Source: Gemmatimonadota bacterium
GTDB lineage: Bacteria > Gemmatimonadota > Gemmatimonadetes > Longimicrobiales > Gaopeijiaceae
Assembly (NCBI GenBank): GCA_022822325.1
Contig: JAJEBW010000021.1
Coordinates: forward strand, 40,280 to 104,279
DNA length: 64,000 nucleotides
Reading direction: 5' to 3'
In this document: piece by piece, positions 1-9,356 of the stretch
Layout: the number at the start of each line of letters is the position of its first letter
Numbering within the stretch: position 1 is the first letter of the stretch
Program-made: the position numbers and the translations under genes
The notes under the pieces: generated by a model
What the model was told of the DNA's origin: nothing
Databases searched by the model: none
The model's input: the letters and a program-made list of their open reading frames with translations, nothing else

Positions 1-83
1 GGCAGCCGGCATGTCGTGGACCACGTGCCTCGGGTCAGCTGAGGTGTGGCGAAAAACCGGAACCGTGCATCACATCACCGAAG

Positions 84-702
84 TCACGCGGTAGTTGAAG
101 TCGCTGCCCGGATCCTGAGCCGATGCCGCACCGCGCACCGGATCTGCGGCAGATCAAGAACCTCGCACACACGGTCCCACACCGCCGATCTCGGCTTGCT
201 TCGCACACCTGCCAGCGCATTGTGGCACGCAAGCAACTCCAAGGCTTCGTCACGCCATAGCAACTCGACCAACGCACGTGGATCCTGGTCGGGATTCTCA
301 GCGGCTGGACGAAGCGACTCCAGCGAGATCCCCTCGACACCCTCCCGAACCACGAGTACGCCCCCACCACCCGGGAACGAGGGCGAGGGCAACTCTGATA
401 TGGTTCTTGCCCGCCACAACCGTAACGCGAACGAACACACGGCCGTACGTGATCGCCTGGGAGGTCAACCGACGCAGGCGGTCCCGATTTGACTTGATTT
501 CGCATCCATGAAACGCGCCGTTCATCGTCGCCATGTCGATTCGCGCCCGGCCTTGGTTGAGCCCCAGTTCCTCGATTACCGTCGTTTCGGCACCTCCCGG
601 CGCCCGTTGCTCCAGGTATTTCCGCAACGCCGGTCGTAGGTGCGCATCTCGGAACATGGACTCTGGAATGTCACGCGTGGCGCATGCCTCTCTCGTGATC
701 AT
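84..702 (-). pseudogene. Small PD-(D/E)XK-fold protein (resembles the 'sce7726'-type family); frame broken by one extra base in a C5/G5 run at 361-365
   Basis: ATG at 702, 17 nt after the S9 peptidase stop. Frame A (702->298) reads ...IEELGLNQGRARIDMATMNGAFHGCEIKSNRDRLRRLTSQAITYG...VPGWWG and then becomes nonsense. Frame B (track ORF 84..440) continues GVLVVREGVEGISLESLRPAAENPDQDPRALVELLWRDEALELL. Removing one G of the G5 run restores PGWWGVLVV. The D...E-I-K motif fits a restriction-endonuclease fold. Family name is from memory and not verified. Confidence 0.55.
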
Positions 703-719
703 CGCCCCTTGCCTCTTGC

Positions 720-2822
720 TCAGCTCGCCGCCGGCTCGACCCGGTACCTGTCGAACCAGGCCACAATGTTCGCGATTTTGGCCATCAACTGGCTCGGCCG
801 CCGGCTCATGTCGTGCGACGCGCCGGGCAGGCGAATGACCGCCGTGTCGATTCCGCGCATCTTGAGCGCGTGGTACATCTGGTAGGACTCCGACAGCGGC
901 GTGCGCAGATCTTCCTCGCCGGTGATGATCATCGTGGGGGTCTCCACATTGCCCACCAGCGAGAGCGGCGAAAACTCCCAGTAGGCGTCGGGGTTTTCCC
1001 ACGGCAACCCGTCGTAGCGGCTGAAGTAGTAGCCATACCAGTTGTCCGCCGTCAGCGTCTTGCTGATCCAGTTGATGACGGGCTTCTGCGCCACCGCCGC
1101 GCGGAAGCGATTGGTCTTGCCAACGATCCAGGCGGTCATGATTCCGCCCGCGCTTCCCCCGGTGACAAAGAGATTGTTTTCGTCGATATACCCCCGTTCG
1201 ATCACGGCGTCCACACCCGAGATCAGGTCGTCGTAGTCCTGGCCGGGATAGTTGTGGTAGAGGAGATCGCCGAACGCTTCGCCGTAGCTTGTGCTTCCCC
1301 TCGGGTTCGCGTAGAGCACAACGTAGCCAGCGGAGGCCATGAGCTGCATCTCGGCCGAGAAGCGGTCGCCGTAGTTGGAGATGGGCCCGCCGTGGATCTC
1401 CAGGATCAGCGGATGGCGCCGGGTGGCGTCGAAGTCGGGCGGCTTGACGATCCAGCCCTGAATCGGTAGACCGTCGAACGACGATTCCCACCAGATCTCC
1501 TCCACCTCGCCCAGAGTCCGGTTGGCCATGAGGTCGGCGTTGAGGCGGGTGACGGTCCTCGTTATCTGGGGCATGGCCTCGGGACGGCCCGATTCGGAGT
1601 ACTGCTGCTCGACGGGGCCGGTGGGACCGACCGCAAGCTCGCCGGGCATGTCGGGGCGGGTCTGGTTGAGGGCGAAGGTTCCGTCGTTGGCGACCGAGAA
1701 CGATCCGCCGCCATAGGGTCGTCCGTAGGAGGTGCCGCCGAGGTTTGCGGCCAGGACTGTGATGTCGCCATCGAGCGTGGCCTTGGCCACCTTGCCGTTG
1801 CCCTCGTCGTCGTACTGAAAGTAGATGCCGCTCCCGTCCGCCGCCCATACAGGGTTGGAGATGCTGCGGTCAAGGTCTGCGGTGATGACGCGGTGGCCGC
1901 TGCCGTCCAGGTTCATGACCTGGAGCCGACTGACCTGGTAGGTGCGGACGCGGTCCTCGTAGCCGACGAAGGCAATCCGGCGGCCATCCGGCGAGACGGC
2001 GGGGCTGGCGTCGGGGCCGGGGCGGTCGGTGAGCGCGCGAATCTCGCCGGTCAGGACGGACGCGATGTACAGCTCCGAGTTGCGGTAGTCGTGCACCCAG
2101 TCCGGGTTGCGGTTCGACGAGAAGACGAGGCGGGTGCCGTCGGGAGACCAGGCGGCCGCGCTGGAATGGTGGAAGTCGCCCGATGTGACCTGGGTGGGCG
2201 TACCCCCATCGACCGGGATCACGAAGATGTGACTGTAGCCGAAGTCGAGGTAGCCGACCCCGTCCTGCGTGCTCTTGAAGCGGTCCTCCATGATCGGCGG
2301 ATCGGCCCATTCGGCCCCCGGCGGCGCCTTCGGCGGTGCGGCGAGAGTGGGCGGCGCATAGGGCACCAGTTTGTTGAAGGCAAGGTGGCGTCCGTCGGGC
2401 GACCAGCGTAGTCCGCTCGGCGATTCGGTGAGTTGGGTGAGGGTCGCGGTCTCGCCGGTGTCCATCCAGCGCAGGTGAATCTGGCCGTCGGCGGTGTACG
2501 CGATGCGGGTGCCGTCGGGCGACCAGCGCGGCGAACTTCCCGCGTCCAGGCGGCGGTGACCGGTGCCGTCGGCGTTGACGATCCAGAGCTCGGCGCGTTT
2601 GCGGTCGCGCATGATGTCCATCGAGGTGCGGACATAGACGATCTGGCTGCCGTCGGGCGAGATCTGCGGGTCGGCGGCGTATTCGAGCTGAAAGACATCC
2701 ATGGGCTCGAAGCGCGACTGGGCAGCGGCCGGGGCGGAGGGCGCGAGGAGGGTGGCCGCGAGGGCGGTGGCCGCGAGGGACGGGGCCGTGGCGGGAAGGC
2801 CGGATGCGTGACGGTTCTTCAT
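720..2822 (-). CDS. S9 family serine peptidase (prolyl oligopeptidase / acylaminoacyl-peptidase type) with N-terminal TolB-like beta-propeller
   Basis: Track ORF 720..2897, start moved to ATG 2822 (MKNRH..., signal peptide ending AAAQ). Repeated (W/I/V)SPDG propeller motifs. Nucleophile elbow GGSAGG. C-terminal ...LPGASHD. Confidence 0.9.
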   Translation of the reverse strand: MKNRHASGLPATAPSLAATALAATLLAPSAPAAAQSRFEPMDVFQLEYAADPQISPDGSQIVYVRTSMDIMRDRKRAELWIVNADGTGHRRLDAGSSPRWSPDGTRIAYTADGQIHLRWMDTGETATLTQLTESPSGLRWSPDGRHLAFNKLVPYAPPTLAAPPKAPPGAEWADPPIMEDRFKSTQDGVGYLDFGYSHIFVIPVDGGTPTQVTSGDFHHSSAAAWSPDGTRLVFSSNRNPDWVHDYRNSELYIASVLTGEIRALTDRPGPDASPAVSPDGRRIAFVGYEDRVRTYQVSRLQVMNLDGSGHRVITADLDRSISNPVWAADGSGIYFQYDDEGNGKVAKATLDGDITVLAANLGGTSYGRPYGGGSFSVANDGTFALNQTRPDMPGELAVGPTGPVEQQYSESGRPEAMPQITRTVTRLNADLMANRTLGEVEEIWWESSFDGLPIQGWIVKPPDFDATRRHPLILEIHGGPISNYGDRFSAEMQLMASAGYVVLYANPRGSTSYGEAFGDLLYHNYPGQDYDDLISGVDAVIERGYIDENNLFVTGGSAGGIMTAWIVGKTNRFRAAVAQKPVINWISKTLTADNWYGYYFSRYDGLPWENPDAYWEFSPLSLVGNVETPTMIITGEEDLRTPLSESYQMYHALKMRGIDTAVIRLPGASHDMSRRPSQLMAKIANIVAWFDRYRVEPAAS

Positions 2823-3166
2823 GGGGCGGGGGGGTTGGTGGATCGGGGGGTCGGGGGATGACGCCTTAACCTTCGGATATGATCGAAGCGGCGGCAAGCG
2901 CGAACCGATTCGGCGACAGGCTTCCGCCGGTGGGCGACGCCGACCGCCAGCGCGAGCGGCACATCATCCAGGGTGCTCGTAGACTACCCGGGCATCCAGA
3001 CACCTGCTCGGCCATGCCCGAGCGCGAGGCGGCCAGCGCTGGCGGGCCGAGCGCCGACTCCCATGCAACATGGCTCTCCGCAGCCTGTCGGGCTCCGCTG
3101 AGCGAGTCCGAGCATTGTGAGAGAACGCTGCTGGTCGCCGCCCGATTGGCGGCCATCGATTCCGGC

Positions 3167-5830
3167 TCACTTCCCAGGAGATGGCGCCGTGGGCCGCGGG
3201 AGGCCGCGGCTGAAGAGGATCTCCACGTCCGGCTGCGGCTGCGCGACGCCGTCCGCGGCCCAGGCCGCTGGCAAGTCGCGCAGAAACGCCCGCACATGGC
3301 CTGTGGCTCGCTCCCGCACGATCGTCGTGGGCCGGTCCGTGTTGCGATCGATCGTGGCTGAACCGCCCGGGCCGAGCAGCTCAACGGTCACCAGTTCGCC
3401 TTCCCATTCCGGCCGGGACGGGATCGTGTAGGCGAAACCGGACCGCCCTTCTCGGTGGGCCACCGATTTCATGGCAAAGCTGTAGGAAAAGAGCGCGCTT
3501 CCATCGGCTGCCCGGCCCACAACTTCGTGGTCGCCGCCCGGCCCGGGCAGCGTCGGCGGCGCATCGGCCGCGAAGACGGGATTCAGATATGGTATCCCAT
3601 CGCCATCGGTGCCGCCCCAGACAAGGAGGACCGGAACAGGTACGGCCGAGCGCTCGGACGCTACCGCTTCGGACTTCAGGCGGTGGTTCATCGACCGGAA
3701 GAAGTTGTGTTCGCTGATCCATGCCGGGACGCAGTAGGACATGAGGTCCTTCCGCGACGGCGGCACGAGGACATCGGTGCCGGAGCGGACATCAAGACCC
3801 CATGATCCCGTTGCACCGCCGGGATAGGGATACCCCTGGTCCAGCACCGTTCCGGTGCCGCAGGGAGCGTGCCAGAGATCGAGATTATGCCCGAGCTCGT
3901 GCGCGATCGTGAGCGCCTCCTCTTCCTCGGTGACGATGCCGACGCGCACATAGCCGGTCCAGCCGCCGATCCAGGCGACACCCCAGGGCCCCGTGGCCGG
4001 GCCTGACAGCGCCCCCATCCAGTAGCCCCTTCCGCCCTCGAGCGCACGAATCGCGCTGGTCTCGTCGAGGAGAGCGTCCCCATCGTTGAACGATGAGAAC
4101 ACCGGTGGGTGCGCGGTCAAGGCCATCTCTCCGACGGGAAGCAGCGTGCGCGTATCCCACATCAGTCTGTGCCCTTCCGGATCCGCCACCATCTCCGTCA
4201 CAAGGCGCACGGCGGTCGAGTCCGGCCGCGCATCCCACAGGAACGGAATGAACGTCAGTCTCAGCGGTGGCATTTGCTCCACATGCACCTCCATCCGGCC
4301 CGACTCGGGGATCCGTTTCGCCACCGGTACATCGGCGTCCAGGATCCCGGCCGGATCGATCTCGACCACCATCTCGAGACCGGGACGCACCACCGAGGCG
4401 GGGATCTTGACGTTGCCCGAACGATCCAGCGAGGCTTCGGCCTGGGCGAGCGCGGTCGGAATGGGCTCGGACTGCCCGGGCACGTCGACCGTGTGCACTT
4501 CGGCCCCGCCGACGAAGAAGGTCGCGCGCGCCGGGGGGATCGCGGCCTCGGTCTCCTGAGCCGAGATCACAAAGACCCGCAGCAAGGCATCTTCGCCCGC
4601 CACAAGCGGCACGGGATACGCCGCCGACTGGATGGACTGGATCAGGTACGCGGTCGAACGCTCCGCCACCGGCTCACAGGAAGGCAGCCGGAAACGCCGG
4701 GCTATGGCCGGCGCGGCGAGGGGAGATTCCGGCGCGATGCAGAGTCCGGTGCCGGCCGCGTTGAAGTTGCCGAGGTTGCGGAGGTTTGCGTAGGACGCGG
4801 GCAGCGGTCCCGAGAGGGCCGGATTGTCAGACAGGTCAACCTGAGTAAGGCTGCGCATGCCTCCAAGCTCCGGCGGAAGCGGCCCCGAAAGGAGGTTGGA
4901 ACCGAGCCGGAGTTGCCGCAGGTTCTCGAGGTCCCCCAGCTCGGCGGGGATCGGCCCGGAGAGGCGGTTGCCGATCAGGTTGAGTTCGTCCGTGAGGGTC
5001 ACCAGGTTGCTCAGCTCACCGGGGATCAGTCCACTCAGGTCGTTGTCATCGAAGGCGATGGTGTACAGGTTCGGCAGGTTCCCAAGCTCGGGCGGGATCC
5101 GCCCGGACAGCTTGTTTTGGCCGGCGTAGAACGTCTCCAGGCTTGGCATGTTCCCAAGTTCGGGCGGGATCCGCGCGGTTCCGTCGGCCAGAGCCCGCAC
5201 CAGGCCTCCCTGGTCCACCGTCGCAACGTCTACATCGGTTGAATGCCACACGAACACCGCCGTGCCCACCCGATGGCTGTTCGCGTCGCGCGCCTCCGCC
5301 GAAAGCCGGAGCGTATCGCCCGCCATCAGCGTGTCCGCCGCGGGCGACACATCCACCTCCACCACCAATTGTCGGATGGTCGCGGTTGCGGTGCCGGAGG
5401 CCGCGCCGGCGACTGCCATGATGGTGGCCGAGCCGTTCGCCACCGCCGTCACCAGTCCGTTGCCGTCCACGGTGGCCAGCATTGCGTCGCTCGTGGACCA
5501 GTCCACGGGCGCGGTTGCCATGATCCGCCCGCGCTGGTCGCGGACCTCGGCGGAGAACCGGACGGTGTCGCCAAGCGCGCTCAGCGAAGCCGTTGCGGGA
5601 CTGACCAATACCGTCGCCGGAACGGAGGTATCCGGTGAAGCCGGAGACAATGTGGTCGAGGACTCGCCACAACCGAGCAGCAACGGCAGCCAGGCGGCGC
5701 AGAAGCCCCCAATCGCGCCTCTCCGCCTATCGATCGTCACCTGACCGCCATCGGGAATCCCATCCGCGCAAACCAACTCGCTCGCCATCTTCGTTGTCCG
5801 TCCGTCCTTCGCCGGTAAGTAAAATACCAC
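3167..5830 (-). CDS. Lipoprotein with 2x Big_2 Ig-like domains, plant-type leucine-rich repeats and a C-terminal metzincin zinc-protease domain
   Basis: Track ORF of 887 aa; alternative ATG at 5788 (MASELV...). Lipobox LLLGC. Big_2-like repeats (VSPATASLSALGDTVRFSAEVRDQ; VSPAADTLMAGDTLRLSAEARDA). About six 24-residue LRRs of the LSGxIPxELGNLxNL type. Zinc motif HELGHNLDLWH followed by Met-turn DLMSYC. Confidence 0.85.
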   Translation of the reverse strand: MVFYLPAKDGRTTKMASELVCADGIPDGGQVTIDRRRGAIGGFCAAWLPLLLGCGESSTTLSPASPDTSVPATVLVSPATASLSALGDTVRFSAEVRDQRGRIMATAPVDWSTSDAMLATVDGNGLVTAVANGSATIMAVAGAASGTATATIRQLVVEVDVSPAADTLMAGDTLRLSAEARDANSHRVGTAVFVWHSTDVDVATVDQGGLVRALADGTARIPPELGNMPSLETFYAGQNKLSGRIPPELGNLPNLYTIAFDDNDLSGLIPGELSNLVTLTDELNLIGNRLSGPIPAELGDLENLRQLRLGSNLLSGPLPPELGGMRSLTQVDLSDNPALSGPLPASYANLRNLGNFNAAGTGLCIAPESPLAAPAIARRFRLPSCEPVAERSTAYLIQSIQSAAYPVPLVAGEDALLRVFVISAQETEAAIPPARATFFVGGAEVHTVDVPGQSEPIPTALAQAEASLDRSGNVKIPASVVRPGLEMVVEIDPAGILDADVPVAKRIPESGRMEVHVEQMPPLRLTFIPFLWDARPDSTAVRLVTEMVADPEGHRLMWDTRTLLPVGEMALTAHPPVFSSFNDGDALLDETSAIRALEGGRGYWMGALSGPATGPWGVAWIGGWTGYVRVGIVTEEEEALTIAHELGHNLDLWHAPCGTGTVLDQGYPYPGGATGSWGLDVRSGTDVLVPPSRKDLMSYCVPAWISEHNFFRSMNHRLKSEAVASERSAVPVPVLLVWGGTDGDGIPYLNPVFAADAPPTLPGPGGDHEVVGRAADGSALFSYSFAMKSVAHREGRSGFAYTIPSRPEWEGELVTVELLGPGGSATIDRNTDRPTTIVRERATGHVRAFLRDLPAAWAADGVAQPQPDVEILFSRGLPRPTAPSPGK

Positions 5831-5999
5831 CCGGCGCGGTTGCGTGCTTCCCTGGCGTCAGGGCGGGACCATGTTTACCGTCCATTGGGACGCTTCGCGC
5901 CGACCGCCAGGCGATCTTGTCCGTCCGCGAAATCCGTGCGTCCCGGCCAGCGAACTGGAGGAGCGTTGTTGGTGCGAGACGAGAAAATGCGGGCCCACG

Positions 6000-6623
6000 A
6001 TGAATGAACGCCTGAGGACACCCATGAAGCGGATGAATCCGGGCTCGACCCGGGATCGGATCCATCCCGGCGATCGGCCGGCGAGAGCGGAAGAGCCGGG
6101 GCCCGGGCGGCTGGGCGCCTCGACCGGTTGGGATCGGTTCACCGCCGACGTGGAACCGCTGCCCGCCGACAAACCGCCCGTGGATCCTGGAACGCTGGCG
6201 CGGGGCGCGGCGACCGTGCGCGAGGGAAACGCGGGAGCGAAGGCAGCCCGCCGGCAACTCGAAATCGGGAGGTTTGACGGACTGAACCGGCGCCAGGCCG
6301 ACCAGCTTCGACGCGGCGACTACCCGGTCCAGGGCCGTCTTGACCTGCATGGAAGCACAGCCGACGAGGCCAGGACGGAAATCGCCCGCTTCCTGCAATC
6401 CGCCGCCGCGCGGGAACTGCGTTGCGTTCTGGTGATTACCGGCCAGGGGCGCGATGACTTCGGTCGTCCGCGGGGGGTGTTGCGCGATTCGCTCGAGAAG
6501 TGGCTGAATGCACCCCGAACGCGACGGCTGGTGCTGGCGTGCGCACCGGCGCAACGGAAGGACGGCGGCCACGGCGCCTTCTACATTCTCCTGCGGCGGA
6601 AGCGACAACCTGCGCGGCGGTGA
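6000..6623 (+). CDS. Smr domain-containing protein
   Basis: Track ORF 5844..6623 trimmed to ATG 6000 (MNERL...). C-terminal Smr pattern VQGRLDLHGSTADEARTEIARFL...VLVITGQG...GVLRDSLEKWL. Confidence 0.8.
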   Translation: MNERLRTPMKRMNPGSTRDRIHPGDRPARAEEPGPGRLGASTGWDRFTADVEPLPADKPPVDPGTLARGAATVREGNAGAKAARRQLEIGRFDGLNRRQADQLRRGDYPVQGRLDLHGSTADEARTEIARFLQSAAARELRCVLVITGQGRDDFGRPRGVLRDSLEKWLNAPRTRRLVLACAPAQRKDGGHGAFYILLRRKRQPARR

Positions 6624-6669
6624 TCTTCCTGTCCTCCGGGCGGACCGGTTCCCCCGGTTTCGTCCCTTG

Positions 6670-7836
6670 CTACGACAGCGGCAAATCTCCCACCGCAACG
6701 CGCACAACGGCCCCGGCCTCGTTCGTCACGCCGACGAGGATGCGGGCGCCCGCGGCGTCGAACACGGTCCAGTTGGCCGGAAGCTGCACCGACCAACCCT
6801 CGCCCCCATCGATCGGGAGCAGATGCCAGGTGGCCACACTCTGCCCGGGCCGCAGGAACCGCCGCATCCACACCCGGTCGTCGCGGGCGGCGACAAGGCC
6901 GGAGATCCGCGGCGGAAGCGAGTTGGCGGGCGCATGGCGAATGGCTTCGATGCGGGCGGCGGCAAGCGCTTCGATCGCTTCCCGCACCCGGTCTTCCGGC
7001 AGAAGTTCGCTCAGGATGCTCTCCATCTGCGTGTCCAATCGTCTCTCCTTGCCACTTGGGCCGGAGTTCGCGATCAGGCGGGCGCGCTCCGCCTCCACCT
7101 CGTCCTCCGTGACGGCTTCGCCCTGCGGCGGCATGGCCAGTGCGGACATCGGCGTGCCATCCGCGGCGATCACGACGGCCTCTTCCCCCTCGGTCTGCGC
7201 CACCACGAAGCCGCGCCCTCCGGCGAGCCCGGCAGCCAGCGCACGATAGCCGAAAAGGACTGGCGCGCTCGACATGCCGTTGGCGGTTCGGTGCATCGCC
7301 GTTTCGCGTCCCTGGCCGACCCACAGCTCCCGCCGCGATCCGTCGGCCTTCACCGCCATGTAGCGGACCGGAAAACGCGGGGATCCCCCGGCCAGCAGCG
7401 CGAAGGGATTGCCGACATCGACCTCCTCGAAGAGCCCGGTCTCGCCCGGCAACCATGCCAGGAAGTCCACCTCGCCACTGCCCGGCCCCGGTTTGGGAAA
7501 GCGCAGGACGCCGCGCTCTCCCCCGTCTTCGGCAAAGGCGAAGGCCGCCCACAGCGAATCGTCCCAGACCGCCAGACCGCCATCCGGCCCGGGCAGTAGC
7601 CGGGTCACCCGCGTGAAGGGCCCGTCGATCGCGGTGGCCGGCGCCCCCGACGGCGGATAGAGCAGGATCCGTTCCCCCGCGGCGACCGCAACCGCGCCGC
7701 CATCCAGCAGCAACGCCCCCTGAACCTCGCCTTCGTGAATCGTCCGTTGCGCATCGCCGGGAGAGGCCGGCGCCCACGCCACAATCGCCGCGGCCACCGC
7801 GAGGCACGGAGGCCGCGACGGCACCCGCCAGGTCAT
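6670..7836 (-). CDS. Secreted hypothetical protein, probable beta-propeller; tandem partner of the upstream propeller gene
   Basis: Track ORF 6670..8037. ATG 7836 (MTWRVPS..., signal peptide ...ASPGDAQ) overlaps the stop of the upstream gene by 4 nt (ATGA at 7833-7836). No catalytic motif recognised. Confidence 0.65.
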   Translation of the reverse strand: MTWRVPSRPPCLAVAAAIVAWAPASPGDAQRTIHEGEVQGALLLDGGAVAVAAGERILLYPPSGAPATAIDGPFTRVTRLLPGPDGGLAVWDDSLWAAFAFAEDGGERGVLRFPKPGPGSGEVDFLAWLPGETGLFEEVDVGNPFALLAGGSPRFPVRYMAVKADGSRRELWVGQGRETAMHRTANGMSSAPVLFGYRALAAGLAGGRGFVVAQTEGEEAVVIAADGTPMSALAMPPQGEAVTEDEVEAERARLIANSGPSGKERRLDTQMESILSELLPEDRVREAIEALAAARIEAIRHAPANSLPPRISGLVAARDDRVWMRRFLRPGQSVATWHLLPIDGGEGWSVQLPANWTVFDAAGARILVGVTNEAGAVVRVAVGDLPLS

Positions 7837-9059
7837 CTCGCCGCCCGCACCGTCATGACAACCGCGCTCTGCCCCCCCAACGTGTCCGTCGTGCGCAGCA
7901 GCACCCGGTCGCCCAGCGCGTCCAGGAGGTAATGGTTTGGGAACAGCTCGATCGTCGCGTCGATCCTCCCCTCGCCTGGATTCCATCGTTGCCAGACCGG
8001 CGTCGTCGCTCCGGGGAGCGCGAATCGCTCCGCCCACACCCGTCCATCGCCGTCGACCAGGATCCGCGACAGCGCCGGCGCGCGCGCGTTCCCCTCGGCA
8101 TTTCGGTAGTACTCGCGTTCGGCGTCGCTGCCCATGCCGCGCAGCCCGCCCATCAACGCCGCCAACTCGGGAGGCGCGTTGCCCTGCGGCTGCGCCAGAG
8201 CACGGTTCCGCTCGCTCGTCCCCTCGATCTTCTCCTCGCGCCAGAGCCGGTCCGCCTCGCGCGTCACCTCTTCGCCCGGGCCGAAATCGAAGGTCGTGGT
8301 CACCTCGCCGGCGCGGTCCCAGGCCGACAGGATGCCCGTTTCGGTGTCCGCCACCAGCACCAGATCGCCTGCCACCGCCTCGACTGCCGAGTACGAAAAG
8401 GGCTTGTCGAAGGACGAGAAGCCGCCGTCATGGTTCCGCCGCTCCTTCTCCATGCCGTCCGCCCGGGCGATCGTGGCGCTCTCACCGTCCGCCGTCATCG
8501 CCACATAGCCGATCTCTTCGCGGTAGGGACCGTCGGGACGCTCGGAGAAGAGCGGTTCGCCATCGCGAAAGACGATCGCGCCGTCGGAATGGACGCCGAT
8601 CGCGCGCAGCACGAATGGACCGCTGCGAAAGGCGGTGGGATTGTAGCCGACGGTGTTGAGGAGCGACCCGTCCGCGGCGAAGACGGTCACCCGCCCGGTC
8701 ATGAAATCATCGACGAAGAAGCCACCCATCGCTGTGCGCCTGGGACCCCGGATGCGCTGGAACTCGCCCGGCCCTTCGCCGCTGCGACCCACCGGTTGCA
8801 CCTCGTCGGACTCGATGTCGATCAGGAAGAGCTGCGCGCCCCTGGAATCGCCGAGCACGATGCGCCCGGAATCCAGGAGGAGGCCGCCGGAGATGCGCCA
8901 GACGGTGGAGACGTCCTCGTGGGGGGAATTCACGGACTTGAAGAGAATTTCGGCGGGATGGAGGGTGACGCCGCCGGTCTGCGCAAGGGCGGGGGAAGCC
9001 TGGGCCGCGAGGAGAAGGAGGCCGATCGCGGGGAGGAGGGGGGCGGGTCGGATTGGCAT
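7833..9059 (-). CDS. Secreted 6-bladed beta-propeller (NHL-like) family protein
   Basis: Track ORF 7833..9311. ATG 9059 (MPIRPAPLL..., signal peptide ...PALAQ). Contains a GEGPGEF motif, shared with the paralogue at 51705..53018 ([10 protein letters not shown]). Confidence 0.7.
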   Translation of the reverse strand: MPIRPAPLLPAIGLLLLAAQASPALAQTGGVTLHPAEILFKSVNSPHEDVSTVWRISGGLLLDSGRIVLGDSRGAQLFLIDIESDEVQPVGRSGEGPGEFQRIRGPRRTAMGGFFVDDFMTGRVTVFAADGSLLNTVGYNPTAFRSGPFVLRAIGVHSDGAIVFRDGEPLFSERPDGPYREEIGYVAMTADGESATIARADGMEKERRNHDGGFSSFDKPFSYSAVEAVAGDLVLVADTETGILSAWDRAGEVTTTFDFGPGEEVTREADRLWREEKIEGTSERNRALAQPQGNAPPELAALMGGLRGMGSDAEREYYRNAEGNARAPALSRILVDGDGRVWAERFALPGATTPVWQRWNPGEGRIDATIELFPNHYLLDALGDRVLLRTTDTLGGQSAVVMTVRAAR

Positions 9060-9299
9060 GGGGACGGGCTCCGCGGGCGGAAGCGATGTGGCCGGGGAAT
9101 ACGGGGAAGCTAACGGTCGGTGGGACGCGCCGGACAGCCCTTTGGGATGCTTGCGCCCGGAACCGCGGCAACGACTGCCCCACCCCTGACGCGCCAGCCA
9201 CTCGGGGCGCCGCTCGGCCGATGCGCGGGCCGGTCTTCTCCTGCGATGGAAGCCCTTTGCGCCGCCCCGCCGCAGCCGACTTGCGCGGCAAACCCAAGG

Positions 9300-9355
9300 C
9301 TTGTTTTCCAAAACCGCTTTTCCAAAAATCGCTTTTCCCGGTTCGCCCTTCGCGG
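9300..9355. repeat. Tandem 14-bp repeat, 3-4 units (cttgttttccaaaa / ccgcttttccaaaa / atcgcttttcccgg / ttcgcccttcgcgg)
   Basis: Read directly. Lies immediately 3' of the CocE/NonD stop (9357-9359) and upstream of the propeller gene start at 9059. Confidence 0.7.
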
Positions 9356-9356
9356 C

